The translations under genes were made by a program, and so were the position numbers. 64,000 nt of DNA from Octopus sinensis (lineage: Eukaryota): contig NC_043012.1 of NCBI RefSeq assembly GCF_006345805.1, positions 19,716,001-19,780,000 of the forward strand, given 5' to 3'. A model generated the notes under the pieces. It did no database searches and was not told the DNA's origin. It saw only the letters and a list, made by a program, of their open reading frames with translations. Shown piece by piece: positions 25,711 through 40,159 of the stretch; positions within the stretch are counted from its first letter, which is position 1; the number at the start of each line of letters is the position of its first letter.

Positions 25711-27879
25711 TAGCGCCCACACTGCCTTCACGTTGTCTCCCAGTAAGCATAAATGGATTTTTATCCCAAGGCTTTCTTGGAAAGTACTAGTCGAAACAAT
25801 TTCAATTTACGGAAATAACTAAATTTCATTTTAGTTATTATAATATCTTGGGGTTACATTAACATTAACTTTGGTTGGTCAGAGTTCTTCAAATGTTCAA
25901 AGTAATATTATGCTACCAAATATAAGAACGACATCCCAAGTTAACCGTTTTCATAAATTTCCCATTATTTAAATTATAGTATTTTTAAATCATAGTAACA
26001 CATAAGTTTACTTAATAACACTGGATACTAAACGAAGAATCTTGGAAACCAATTACAAAAAATCAATTATATAAAACTTATTTACTGAAATAGTCACTTG
26101 TAGAATGATGGATATGTCATGTGTAATTCTATTATGCCCACTACCCTCCACTTTATGTGCACTTATTCATGCAAGTGTCTATGTGTAAAATTTATAATTA
26201 TTTCCATAGGGTAACATGTACGAAGTAGCTACGTTAAGCAGCCTTTCCACTTGGTTCGAAAAGTAGTTAAATTTCCTCCTGTGTTTCACATTTCGTCAGA
26301 GAAATTGCAACATATATTACATAGTGTATTTTATATAAAGCATATCTGAAAACACGCAACAAAAAGGAAAACAAAATGATCGCCATGAAATGAATGCCTG
26401 CTATCTAAATTTAATACAATCACATTAAACAACAGGGCAAATCACATTTACATTCAAATAGGGTTTCATTTAACAGTGTAATTTTGCACGGTCTCTGATT
26501 TTTCTATCGTTCATACAATTTCAGTAATCACAGACATAATGAATCAGATGTTCGAATTCATGAAATATGATCATGACACTTGATTACGCTCAGTTTAATC
26601 GTTTTTACAGCATCTGTATATTTGTGTGTATTTAATAACTTTTGTCTATCTTCGTGTAAAACGTTGCGTTTTGTGGAACTGATTCGCTATTTTCATTGTG
26701 CTAACACAATAAAATGAATGCCCATAAAAAAAAGGTTAGAATACCTTACACAGCTAACATTTGCATTGCAACCAAATATATACATTTGTTCATAGCTGGT
26801 GATTTATTCCTTTGCCAGCTCGCCTCGGTATCGCATTGGTACATGTATTTTATTTCTTTATTAGGCGTTTTGCTAAAGTATTTTATTACGGATATCGAAA
26901 CCTTTCAAACAGTTCCCTTTACTGTTTACTTTTTGGTGTTTGAAGTCCTGCATATCGCTAGTGGTAAAGTTGTATGTACAGAAAGCTTTTTTTTTAAGTA
27001 TATGCATGCATCTAAATGTGGGTAAATGTCTGTATAATTTTCATGCGTGGATTGGTTTGTTGCGGTAATCGATTATCAAAATCAATATCATGTTGCGTGC
27101 ATTTTTGCTGTTGGTATATTTTATATTTTTTTTATTATTACACCCCTAAAGCGGTGGATTTAATTTGTGATTCAAGCTATAGATATGAATGTGGATAATG
27201 GATTCGTTGGCATTATCATTTTGCCTTATATATTTAATCCTTTCATGTTCCCAGCTGTGCACAGTTCCATTTCTTCAATGGAGGCCATGTATATCCTCCT
27301 TTATACGGTATGTTTGAAGTGCTCAATGCTGCACTTGAGTACACAATATTTCTATTTCATTTCTGCTTAACGCTCTTTCATATATTTCAAGGTCTTTGTA
27401 TAGATGCTGATCAATTTCCATTTCGAGAATCAACAATGTACCTCCTTTAGCTTACCTACACCACGTTCGACTTCTTTTCTATATGATGCGCATCTAGATA
27501 CTAGATGCTATATAATTAGTCCCTAGTTTTGTATTTTATCTATGAGACGCTTTCATAAATGTTGCGATTATCATTTGTAGAGGATGGTATATGCAACAGA
27601 TAAGGCTCAACAGTTATTCCTAAGATACGAATAATTTCTAAAAAAATACGTAGTCTCTTATAATTCGTTATCTACCCTGGATGCTGCATGGACAGGCAAT
27701 GATTTCATTGAGGCTTCACTCCCTGCGGATGGTTTTGCATGCCGTTATTATCAATGGACTTATGTAAATCGCAGACATCGTCTTGTTAGACGGTGATATG
27801 TTAACTAAATACTGAGAATATTTTGCTACAGATACACCCGATAATCTCCACTAGAGTCTTAGAAGTCTACACGAATATT

Positions 27880-27938
27880 ATGAAACCGACATTCTCAGAC
27901 TTCGATTCCAAATAATAATGATAATGATGATGATGATG

Positions 27939-28004
<66 letters not shown>

Positions 28005-28260
28005 CAACAACAACAATAATAATAATAATAACAACAACAATAATAATAATAATAACAACAACAACAACAACAATAACAATGTCGAAAATTACCTTAAGAA
28101 TAAGAACCCAGGTTCGAAACTTTCTCAAGACACCTGATGATGGCTGGAAGGTATATCTGCCGAAAAGTTGTGCTTACAACAAAGAATATGAGGACAAGTA
28201 TCCGTCAGTTGTAAATAATGTAACTATTGCATATAATTCCTCATCTCTTAAATATAGTAC
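27880..28260 (+). mobile_element. Composite repeat: degenerate tRNA-like head remnant + (AAT/AAC)n + hammerhead-bearing tail
   Basis: GACTTCGATTCCA (27898-27910) is identical to 57254-57266; (AAT)n-(AAC)n at 27911-28080; tail 28081-28230 aligns with 60042-60190. Confidence 0.65.
28129..28172 (+). ncRNA. Minimal hammerhead ribozyme motif (probably inactive copy)
   Basis: GACAC-CTGATGA-T-GGC...GCC-GAAAA-GTT-GTG; the C15.2 equivalent is changed to A. Confidence 0.55.
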
Positions 28261-29779
28261 TTTATTCTCAGAGTGAATTGCGTGTACCATTGTATCATTC
28301 TAATTCTTTGCTTCCGTTGTCGAATTTTGGCTTGCGAAAGCAATAATGTGACAATGTAACATAACATTTAAAACGGAACCCAGGAAAACAACGGTGCCCA
28401 TCCATCTATTGTCTCACGGTTCCGCAACGAAGCCCGTGACCAGCTGTTTGGGAAGCAAATATCTTCAAGACACACACACACCCATGCCTTGAAAATTTAT
28501 GCAATGGGAACTTAGTTTGGGTTGCAGTGTTTGGTTTTTTTTTTAATAATTACTATCGCTGACACTCTAAACGAGCAATGATATGCCGGAATTCGGTCGG
28601 GTTCGTTCAGAACATAACAGAATTTCGAAATTTCCATCCTGGCACGCTTAAATTCTAGTGCTGACAAACAACATTAATATATCTAAGATTGTGGTTAAAG
28701 ATAATTGACGCTAGTAAATAATACGTGATATGTTAATTGCGAGTGAAGTATTTGTAGCATGGCGGTGAAGTTTAATCAAAAATTACAATACTCGTGGGTA
28801 AAACAATGTAGAACCCTCTCGTGTAAGGGTTATCGGCAAAAGCTACGTCAACATATTTCGTTATGGTGGCCGGAGTTTCTGCCTCGAGAAGTGTACTCTA
28901 AAAGATTTCTCCTGTCTATAATAATAGTTACATTTTTATATGTACGGTAGACTGAGGTACCACAAGCCGCTAAATATTGGAATAAAATAAAACGAGTTTG
29001 AAGCAATACAAGTACATGCGCTTGTCTATGGGACCAAGCAAAGAACATGCCCAAATTTTCGCGGACAACCTCCCACTGAAGTTAACACTTAAGCAACAAC
29101 AGGAAGACACCAGATAAACACTACATAGTTGGGTGCGGATCCTTTACAATTTCGGGAACTAACGACCCAAAATATTTATATAGCGGTAGATGTTCCTGTG
29201 AAGATTTGGCCAGCTGACCGATGGCCTTGTAACGAATTTCCGCTCACTATAACACATTCTCTACCTATTATCACTTGATTCATACAAATGTATATATTAT
29301 ATGGATAATCAACGCTTATTGTTATACATAAGCATTAGTGAAGAAAATGTATTCATGATTATATTCCAACATATTAACATAGGACATCTAAGAAGTACAC
29401 CCTATTTACTACGTGCTGTAGGTTATTTAGCGGCTAATGAAATTCTAGGTTGTCTACCACAATTCGATACGACAGAGAACAGACAATACACAATATGATC
29501 TCACCTCAATTAACAGTATCAATCGAATAATACACCATAATCTAATGCAAATTATTAAATTATTATTTTATGAAGGTTTAAGTTGCCACACATAATAGCA
29601 CGCATTAACTTAGATAAAGACGCACAAACAATGTTTTCAAATAGCTTTACAAAATATAATAGAAGATATTATGCGAAATAATTTAACAATATATATATAA
29701 GTTCAATACACAACACCATAGCTGTTGTTAAGATACATACGCAGAAATAAAAAGAATAACGACAATTGTGAGTAGTCAA

Positions 29780-29938
29780 TGAATGAAATCCAATGACCTG
29801 TCCAGAACAGAGTATGAAAGGCAGAATATATATTAAACAACACCACATGAACACACAGTAACACATATTCACCAAGTTTCGTTGCTCTACTGCTATAGGA
29901 AGTGGGTCACGGGCATTACTTATTGAACGCCCCTCGTA
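29780..29938 (-). mobile_element. Solo mariner-type terminus
   Basis: Reverse strand: TA-CGAGGGGCGTTCAATAAGTAATGC, a typical mariner TIR start; I found no partner TIR. Confidence 0.55.
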
Positions 29939-30847
29939 TGAATGTATATTTTCATGTATACAAGCAGTTGTACAAAGCACTTTAAAATTTAATGCGTGCA
30001 CAACCAATATATAACATGAATTAAGCTGACGAGATTTTTTTCTTTAAGTTAGGTGAATGTGTATCTTATGTTACAAATATTGATAGACTGAGATTTGCGG
30101 CAAGGTGTCTAGGCTGGTTGACTTTTGTAAAGAACGAGTAAGCTACTGTTGATTAATAATACGGCAGATGTGATACTAATCGCAGGATCAGGAATCTAGC
30201 AATCCCCTATCTCTTTATCACCTCCTGTTCTCCTTTTCTATATGTACCCCTCTCTCTCTATCTGCCTGCATATGTGTATGTGTATTTCGCTCTCTCTCTC
30301 TCTCTCTGCTGAGATCTCGTTAAAGGGTTTCTTTTATGCTTCTCGGTAAAAAAGTTGCTCAGGATTTGGCCAATGCAAATCGCACACTCAAAAGTCTTGG
30401 ATCTATCTTTCATTTGCAGCAAAATAATAGGAACTATGATTCCACCCCCACAAACAGGATAAAATATGCGGAGTTCCATGGTGAAAGAATATTTCTCATA
30501 GATACATGCACGCATATATATGTGTAATGTGTAAAATATTTGTATGCGTGCCATCAGAATATTAACTGAAATAGAAATGACGACTCTCTTTCTAAAGATA
30601 TTTTTTGTGTATGGAAGGAGACATCTAATAATACGAAGATATGTTCTGCGGGTCTAATGAGATATATTAACAAAATGTAATCGAATAAAGCATAAACGTG
30701 TGCGCACACAAACGAACGGCAATTCAAATAGCTTGCTCTGGTGAAAATGTTTATTGTGCTGAAATTGTTACAGCATATATTGAAATACTTATCAATCATT
30801 CTGACGAATAATTTATAATATACGCGATACAAATTTGGAAGATATCG

Positions 30848-31260
30848 TGGCACCCCGTCGGTTACGACAACCAGTGTTCCAATTGATCCGATCAAACAGA
30901 ACGGCCACTTGTGAAATTAATGTGCAAGTGGCTGAGCACTCCACAAGCACTTGTATCCTTAACGTAGTTCTCGGGGGAAAATTCAACGTGACTCAAAGTG
31001 CAACAAGGCTGGTCCCTTTAAAATACAGATACTACAGAAACAGGAATAAAGAGTGAGAGAAAGCTGTACAGCAGGGTTCACCACAACCCGTTACCAGGGC
31101 TTCGTGGAGTACAGGGGCGTTCACCTTCCCCCTACCGGAGCCTTGTGGAGCTTTAGGTGTTTTCGCTCAATAAACACTCACAAATCCCGGTCTGGGAATC
31201 GAAACCGCGACCCTACGACCGCGAGTCTGCTACCTAAACCACAGAGCCATTGTGCCTCCA
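30848..31260 (-). mobile_element. tRNA-derived SINE (head A2 + tail 1)
   Basis: Homologous to 14443-14820 along its length. Confidence 0.88.
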
Positions 31261-31596
31261 AACTGAGAAATAATTACAAATATATAAAGTAATGTATGTG
31301 AATGTCACAGTTGATTTATAACATCAATGCCTATGGCTGCAAAATGAATCTTACGATAAAAAGTCTTATTCAACCATATTCATTTAAATAAAATATTACA
31401 CGAAAAATGCCTCTGTGTTTATATTTCAGATGACTTACAGATCCTTAATACATATACACAAACATACATATATATAAACATACATGCATACATGCATACG
31501 TTCCTACTTAGGTACGCATTTACTTACATAATACGTCCATCTCTTTCTTTCCCTCGCCCTCTCTCTGATATATATCTATATATATATATATGTTCT

Positions 31597-32172
31597 CAAA
31601 TACTCTCTTAAGCGTCGATGTTCTATTAGTACAAAGTTCACTGAGATTGGATGTTTGAGCAAAATGCACGATTGTTTTTATCGCTAGCAGAGAGATAGCT
31701 CCGCACCAAATCCAGGACGGAAGCCACCAGGTCACATGCTTTGAAACTTATTTGACGCAGCAGTGATGGATTCCCGACCACCGGAGGTAGCAGTGAATCA
31801 TCTCTCCGCACGCGATGTAGCGAAAATCAGTGACTTAAGTAGAACTCTTGTAGCGATTACACAGCGAGCTTGTTAAAATATATCACTGCTGGAAACGTAT
31901 ATATTTTAACCAGTTCATTGGCCAATCGTGACATCAGTTCCTCTTTAAGCACTGATTTTCTACATATCACCAGCGGAGAGAGGAGTTGCTGTCTTTAGTG
32001 GTCAAGCGTCCATCACCGAGTGGCATCGGCGGTGGAGTTGTTGTGGAGGTATTTCTCTGCTAGTGATATAAATGTGTGTGCATTTTGCACCAAAAGATTA
32101 TACGAGAGTTTCACTCCTGGTATCTGCCGCAGTCAAGTTTGCTCTAACAGAACATTCACGTTTGAGTGGGAA
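31597..32172. repeat. ~570-bp imperfect palindrome (foldback)
   Basis: Centre GTTAAAATATAT-15 nt-ATATATTTTAAC (31872-31910); the arms align in reverse complement throughout, with one indel per arm. Confidence 0.85.
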
Positions 32173-32231
32173 TGAATACTACTTCTCGGTATTAAAAATG
32201 CCTGCATATATATATACATACATGTATACAT

Positions 32232-32300
<69 letters not shown>

Positions 32301-32363
32301 ATATAACATATTTGGGAATGGCTGCATGACGTTCAATCATATAATAATAATAATGTATATATA

Positions 32364-32538
32364 GGCGCAGGAGTGGCTGTGTGGTAAGTAGCTTGCTTAC
32401 CAACCACATGCTTCCGGGTTCAGTCCCACTGCGTGGCAACTTGGGCAAGTGTCTTCTGCTATAGCCTCGGGCTGACCAAAGCCTTGTGAGTGGATTTGGT
32501 AGACGGAAACTGAAAGAAGCCTGTCGTATTTATGTATG

Positions 32539-32569
<31 letters not shown>

Positions 32570-32779
32570 CTGTGTGTGTATGTGTTTGTCCCCCTAGCAT
32601 TGCTTGAAAACCGATGATGGAGTGTTTACGTCCCTGTAACATAGCGGTTCGGCAAAAGAGACCGTTAGAATAACTACTGGGCTTACAAAAAATAAGTCCC
32701 GGGGTCGATTTACTCGACTAAAGGCGGTGTTCCAGCATGGCCGCAGTCAGATGACTGAAACAATTAAAAGAGTAAAAGA

Positions 32780-32782
<3 letters not shown>
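32364..32782 (+). mobile_element. tRNA-derived SINE family A
   Basis: GGCGCAGGAGTGGCTGTGTGGTAAG...GGTTCAGTCCC...; central (TA)/(TG); GAGTAAAA tail. Confidence 0.92.
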
Positions 32783-32823
<41 letters not shown>

Positions 32824-32894
32824 TGGCGGTACCCCAGCATGGCCACAGCTCATGAGCTGAAACTGGAAAAATCAAAATCAAAATCAATATATAT

Positions 32895-33340
<446 letters not shown>

Positions 33341-35023
33341 AACTGTGACAATACATATCGATATATATATGTATATATATACATATATATGTATTTGTAT
33401 ACACATGGAAATATAAACATATGCCTATTAATATATATGAGCTTATACATGTAGTGTTCCTTAGACGTTTTATGGAATTCATTACTGAATTGCATCTAGG
33501 TAACAACAAATTAATGCTAGTAACATAAGCACATTTTAATATTGAATTTCCAGATTTTAATCCCTCACATTGCTCACGAATATTACTTAATGCTTATAGA
33601 AATGAGCATCTATTAATATTGTTAGAATCAATTTCAAAAAGACGCATTTTGGATTCTAAATATTCGATCGCAAACGTATTTGTAATTTGCGAAGTATAAT
33701 TTTGTCATATTTCCAAATGGTTTATACAAGAATTAGAACAAAAACAAAGAATTAATTTGTAAGAACATAATTTTAATAGAAATAATTCCTTTGTTCAGTA
33801 ACATTCATTGACTTTGGTTAGGTAAATTTATACTTAATTATCTGATAAACATCATTCAAATAATTCTGTTGTGGATTGTAGCTCATAAAAAATTATTCAC
33901 TAATATCTTAAAACATGCCTTTGAAATTGAGATTTTTTTCTTTTATTAATCGTAGGTTTATCAGTATCGCAATTATATAAACTTATTGTTATCAATAGAA
34001 ATTACTAGCATATGTCCAAAGACGAAAACTTAATTTCCTTGTCATTGAAATCTTAATCTAAAATTCGAATACAATTTTGTTAAGATTACAAATAATGGAA
34101 ATCATGTTATTCAGATTTAATCGAAACTGAATGATATTTTTAGTATATCAATCCAAAGATGCACCTGGCTAATAGAGACACAGATTTTCATTGTTATTGT
34201 CGGTGATCTCATTGAAGCGCTATTTCGTGATTAAAATATGTGCAACAAATCATACATAGGAAAATTTCATTTTAAATATTTTTCGTAAGAAGAAAGCCTT
34301 GCAATGAATGCTATCTTCAAAGAGTTGCAAGTGAAATAACCATGAATTACCCAGTAGGAGAAGATCTCAGAAAATTCGAATACTCATTAGCACGTGTGTA
34401 CATATAATAAGCCATTGTTTTCCATATCCTCACTGTTTTATTGTTCAAGAATAATATTAGTTATATTCAGAGCAAACGGTTAGATTTAGAGGCTTTCGCT
34501 GAAATATTTGATGTTCATGTAAGCTGTTACAAAACGATGCTTGTGTTAATATTAATATTAACAAGGCAGTATTGGTCTGAAACCATAAACCAATGCTTCT
34601 TCAATATTTTTGCAGTCAATTTATTGATGACGACAATATGGTACATATCCTTTCGACAAAACATACATAGCTTTGGAATTCCAGAGAAATCATATTTGCA
34701 TTTGTAACAGATCAAAAAACCAATCATAATCCCTGCCATTGTATTTATTAAATAACAATGAGACAAGTTCATCTGTGAGTTAGCTAAACGTACACAACTT
34801 GCATAATATTTTTTAACTACTGTGTCCAAGAAATCGATTGGGCAACTCTATTCAAACTTTTGGTTTTACGCTCCAATTGCATCAGATTTAGATCTATGAG
34901 TATAATCTATTTCCGTTTCGTTTACATCGCTATCTGCACGTGTATCCCTCCTCTATAAGTGTTCATTACATGTTATAAGTGTACACACTGGCATCCACCG
35001 CCATAGATTTTTCAAATGATATA

Positions 35024-36293
35024 TTGGATTGGCAACTAAGTTCCCGCCGTTTTCTTAAATTTTGGAATATATTGCGTTTTAAAATCTTGGAATCTATTTT
35101 TCGAGAATCTGTTTCTGAATAATTTCGGAATCTATTTTTTTTTTTTTTAGTTAATTTTAGTAAATTTTTGTTTATTTTCAGATCATCACAAGGGAACGTA
35201 AAGTTAAGAAAAACGAGCATTTTCGATATCCCCTTTTTGTTTTTTATCAAAGTTCTAAGGCCGCAAAAGCTGCTCGCGACATTTGTGCTGTGTATGGAGA
35301 GAGTGCCATAGATGAAAGTACTGCTCATGGCAGGTATGCCAAGTTCAAAAATTTGGACCTCAAAATCGAACCTCGTTCTGGCTGTGAAGTTGAGTTCGAT
35401 GAAGAGCAATTAAACCAAATTTTGCACGAAAATTCTCGTCAAACGAAAAGGGCAGGGAAAACGGAATGCTCTCACGCTGCTATAAAGAAGAATCTTAACT
35501 CGATGGGAAAGATTCAGACGTATGGAGAATGTGTTCCGCGTGCTCCATACTACTGAAGTGACAACAACAAAATCAACGAGCCACAATCTCCGCTGGTTTG
35601 CTTGCTCGTCACAGCTCAACTCATGGACACAAGCAATGATTTCTTTACCGAATCGTTACTGGCGACGAAAAATGGTGCCTGTACATCAATATGAAGCAGC
35701 GTAAGGAATTGGCTTAGCCCCGGTAAATAAGTGACGCCGCGCGTAAAACAAGATCTTCATCCGCGAAAAACGATGTTGTGCATATGGTGGGACTGTGAAG
35801 GGATTATCCATTACAAATTGCTTGAACGGAACCAAACGGTCAACGTGAAACTCTATGTTCAACAGATGGAACGACTCAACACGGGTATTCAAGAGAAAAG
35901 ACCTAATCGGCAGCATGGAGTTCTTCTGCTTCATGACAACGCCAATATGAGCAAGGAAGTCATTCAAATGCATGGCTGGGAAGTGCTGCCACACTTGCCG
36001 TACTCTCTTGATTTGGAACTAATGGATTCCACTTCTTTCGATCTCTGAAATGCTCTGCGCGGAGTTTCGTTCAATACTGATGCAGAATTGAAATTTGGGT
36101 TGGATCAATTTTTCGAGTCGAAATCGGGTGATTTCTACCAACAATGTATTGAAAACCTTGTTGAACGTTGAGAAGAAGTTGTAAACAACAGGAGTGAATA
36201 CATTATTGATTAATTAATTGTTATTTTTTATTAAACCTTTTACAATTTTAAAATTTAAAAACCAAAACGATGGGAACTTAGTTGTTAACCCAA
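35024..36293 (+). mobile_element. Full-length defective mariner (same family as 12072-13343)
   Basis: TA-TTGGATTGGCAACTAAGTTCCC ... GGGAACTTAGTTGTTAACCCAA-TA; fragmented transposase (KTMLCIWWDCEGIIHY, LLLHDNA, PYSLDL). Confidence 0.92.
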
Positions 36294-38320
36294 TAGATAC
36301 GCAGATGCTATAGACAGAAAAAATAAGCATGTGTCGAAGACGATTATTTATTTTTTGTCATAAATGTTTGTATTTCTGTGTCTACAATGCTCAATATTTC
36401 TCTGACTATCTTGGAACAAGACATCCATCTTTGAAAGCATATTTTCCATTATGTGCATAAACATTTAAAATTTACTCAAAATAATGTATGGAGCCAAAAG
36501 AAAACGAAGAAAATTCATGTCCAAAGTTCCCATGCAATGAAGCAGGGATCACTGAAAAAAGTAGTTTTGCAAGACTAAAATATATTATGGAGTGATAATA
36601 AAAACGGAGATTTAGTTTCTAGTATAGAGAAGGGAGGTTAATTTTTAAGGTGGAATACATTTTCTTATCTATATTCTCTCTACTTTCATATTCGATGTTC
36701 CATCAGGATTCGTCTATCTAAAAACTTACTCTCAGACAAAACTTTCCCTCAAACACAAATATACAGAACTCGCACAAATTTACACAAACACATGCACATA
36801 TTGTCACCCATCTCTCTCCTCCGAAAATTCACAGACAATACATATTAGCATATTTTAGAAAATTTTACAGTTTCAAATATTTTTTTAATAATGCATTAAT
36901 TTATTGCTTAACATTTCAATTTATTTTATAATTCAGAGAAACTAAGATAGAAAGAGAGAGAGAGTGAGAGAGAGCAACAGATGGATAGTTAGTCACACAA
37001 GGAGAAGGAATAAAACATTCTTTACTGACTTTCGGAAACTTTTGTATATAAGATTTGCTTGCATTTTTGACTAGTTCAGTTTGAACATATACGACGGAAA
37101 GAGAGAGACAGAAAACCGGCGGATAAACGTTATTTAATGCTTTCAATATACATATGTATGTACGATTAATTCTCAAGTTTATTAACTTATTTAGGGAGCA
37201 CTATCGATTCCAAAATGTTGTACATCCTGAACAGCGCAATTAAGGGATTTGTAGATATAATTTAATATTCAACCGTTTATCTATTAAAAAAGCCTATTTT
37301 GTTGAAGTACAGAATTTGAATATAAAATAAATTGGGTAATTTCGTCATACCACTTAGAAAAGCAAAGAATTTTCATCTGCAATCTAATGAAAAGCTAAAG
37401 TAATATTTTTTTTAATAAATCGTACACGAGAATATCATAAATACATTACCATTACATAATTACGTTTTATAATTTGATATATTACGATATATTTTGCAAT
37501 AGATTGCGTACATTAAATATTAATGATCTAGAAATGTCCGTTTTAATACTTTGTCTATAAAAATTCTCGTTCATTTCATAACTTGTAAAATATATTGATT
37601 TAGTGTGAGTACGTGTACCGGTATAACGAGCCCAGAATATATCTAATATGTAAAACTAATGCTAACACTACACGATTCAGAGAACTCGTTAATTAAATAC
37701 ACTCCAGTTAACTTGAAATATTTCCTTTCTGCTTGCTCTCCATATGGAAACATAAAATAGCATTGCAAACAGAACTATAAATGCTTCCAAATTATTATAT
37801 CTCTAAGCTGTACGGTGAAATTTACCCCAAATTAAATATCATATGGCCACTAGTTCGTGTATTTTATATGTTTATTTATTTATTTTACTTTTATAATTTC
37901 TGAGCCATTCTCTACTTAGGAGCATAAAGGAAACTAATCCAAACTGAACATTTAAACTTTGTTTTTGGTGATAATTTGTTTACGTTTTCCTTACCATGTC
38001 TCTCTTTCTCTCTCACTATCTCTCTGTCTATCCGTCTCTCTATGTTTCTGTGTATGGGTCTGTCTTTCCGCTCTCCCTCTCTTTCTCGCTCTCAACCGTT
38101 CAGTACTAAATTATTCAATATGAAAACTGAGCAGTATAATGCATCCCACTTACATGTTCAGTTGGAATAATCTTTACCTTCGTCAGTTAATGCAGCGATT
38201 CAGATGAAAATAAATACAAACATCATATTTGCTTCATCAATATTTATACACGATTTAGTAAAATTTAATTCTAGTTTAACCTGTATGGTACTTATTTTAT
38301 TTTCATTATTTCTCTGTTAT

Positions 38321-38626
38321 GGGGGGACGAGGAAGTAGAATGGTTAGCACGCCTGACAAAATACTTAGCATCATCTTGTTCATTTTCATGTTCTGAGTTC
38401 AAATTCCGCCGAGGTCGACTTTGCCTTTCACCCTTTCGGGGTCGATTAAATAAGTACCAGTTGCGCACTGGAGTCGATGTAATCGACTTAATCCGTTTGT
38501 CTGTCCTTGTTTGTCCCCTCTGTGTTTAGCCCCTTGTGGGTAGTAAAGAAATGGGTTAGCACGCCTGACAAAATGCTTAGCAACATCTTGTTCATGTTTA
38601 TGTTCTGAATTCAAATTCCGCCGAGG
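38321..38626 (+). mobile_element. SINE family C with its 5' part repeated after the body
   Basis: GGTTAGCACGCCTGACAAAAT...CAAATTCCGCCGAGG occurs at ~38342 and again at ~38554. Confidence 0.85.
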
Positions 38627-38833
38627 AATTTTAGGGTCCATAAATTAAGCACTATATTAATTTTACTGCCTTTACTTTAGTATGTTACCAGTTAATTTTC
38701 TCCTGCATTCTAGGGTTCTCCATGTAATGTGAAATATACGTAATTAATTTGTTGTGATTAAGAAAAGCAAGGGGATTAACACGAATGATAGGTGTGTGCC
38801 CTGGCTAGTTTCTCAATATTTTTGTGCGAGTGT

Positions 38834-39022
38834 AAGGCAGCGAGCAAAATGTTTTGCGGCATTTTGTCCGTCTTTAGATTCTGAGTTCAAATTCTGCCGA
38901 GGTCGACTTTGTATTTCATACTTTCAGGCCGATAAAATAAGTACCCGTTGAGAACTGGGGTCGATGTAATCGACTTACAACCTGCACCTGAAAGTGCTGG
39001 CCTCCTGCCAAAATTTTAAACC
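38834..39022 (+). mobile_element. Degenerate SINE family C
   Basis: CTGAGTTCAAATTCTGCCGAGGTCGACTTTG...GGGGTCGATGTAATCGACT. Confidence 0.8.
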
Positions 39023-39349
39023 ATTATTATTAATTCCCTCTTTACCTTGTTGTAGCTGCTGTGCAACTCGTGCGGTGATCGTGCAGTGTCATGATACAAA
39101 AGTAAACGGTAACACGTTCAGATACGTTTACAGATGCTTATTATACATATTCCATACCAAATTATGAATCGTATGGTGGAATTTGAAATCATTTACGCAT
39201 GTGTCATTCTCTGATGTCGATTTTGTTATGTACGTCTTTAAATAACGTTGACGGAAACATAACGAACAACCAGTAGGAGACACTCGAATAGAGTGTGGTA
39301 ATTGCTTAGTATTATTATTATTATTATTATTATCATCATCATCATCATT

Positions 39350-39820
39350 AGGAGTGGGTGTATGGTAAATAACTTGCTTACCAACCACAAGGTTCCGGGT
39401 TCAGTCCCATTATGTGGCACCATGGGCAAGTGTCTTCTACTATAGCCTCGGGCCGACCATAACCTTTTGAGTGAATTTGGTAGACGGAAAATGAAAATGA
39501 AAATGAAATATATGTATATATATATATCTATGTTGGTGTGTGTGTGTGTGTGTGTTTGCGTGTCACGTACATATATACATATATATATATATATATATAT
39601 GTACGTGTGTGCATATGTTTGTGAGTCTGTGTTTGTCCCCGAAACCAACATCGCTTGACAACCGATGCTGGTGTATTTACGTCCCCGTAACTTAGCGTTT
39701 CGGCACAAGAGAGCGATAGAATAAGTACTAGGCGTACAAAGAATAAGTCCTGGGGTCGATTTGCTCGAGTAACGGCGTTGCTCTAGCATGGCCACATTCA
39801 AATGACTGAAACAAGTAAAA
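39350..39820 (+). mobile_element. tRNA-derived SINE family A
   Basis: Homologous to 32364-32782. Confidence 0.9.
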
Positions 39821-39845
39821 TATTATTATTATTATTATTATTATT

Positions 39846-39890
<45 letters not shown>

Positions 39891-40159
39891 GATGTTATTA
39901 TTATAACTGCAATTATTATTGCTTATTATGCATTCGATTACAGAGTTTGACGATAGTTTATTAAAATTGCAGAAATATAGTGATTTCCTAAAAAAGAATA
40001 TGCTTGTTTTTGTCTCATGTCGTTTGCTGATGATGTCTCACATAGTGGCAGTGACCGTGGTGATAGAAGCTATAAGTCAAAGTGTACATTATATGCAGAA
40101 GTCCGTTTTTCACTATTTAATCTCTCACTTTGCTGTTCATGGTTACCCTCTGTGTTAGC

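Noticed and set aside
27150-27800. Possible very old RLE-LINE relic on the minus strand (YKDLEI)
   Set aside because: Too decayed to align by eye.
31520-31735. Signal-peptide-like ORF (TWWLPSWIWCGAISLLAI...)
   Set aside because: It starts at GTG just after an in-frame stop, runs into (TA)n and lies in one arm of the palindrome.
34600-34880. piggyBac-like peptide (DDDNMVHILSTKH...)
   Set aside because: One short motif among many stops, with no TTAA or TIRs found.
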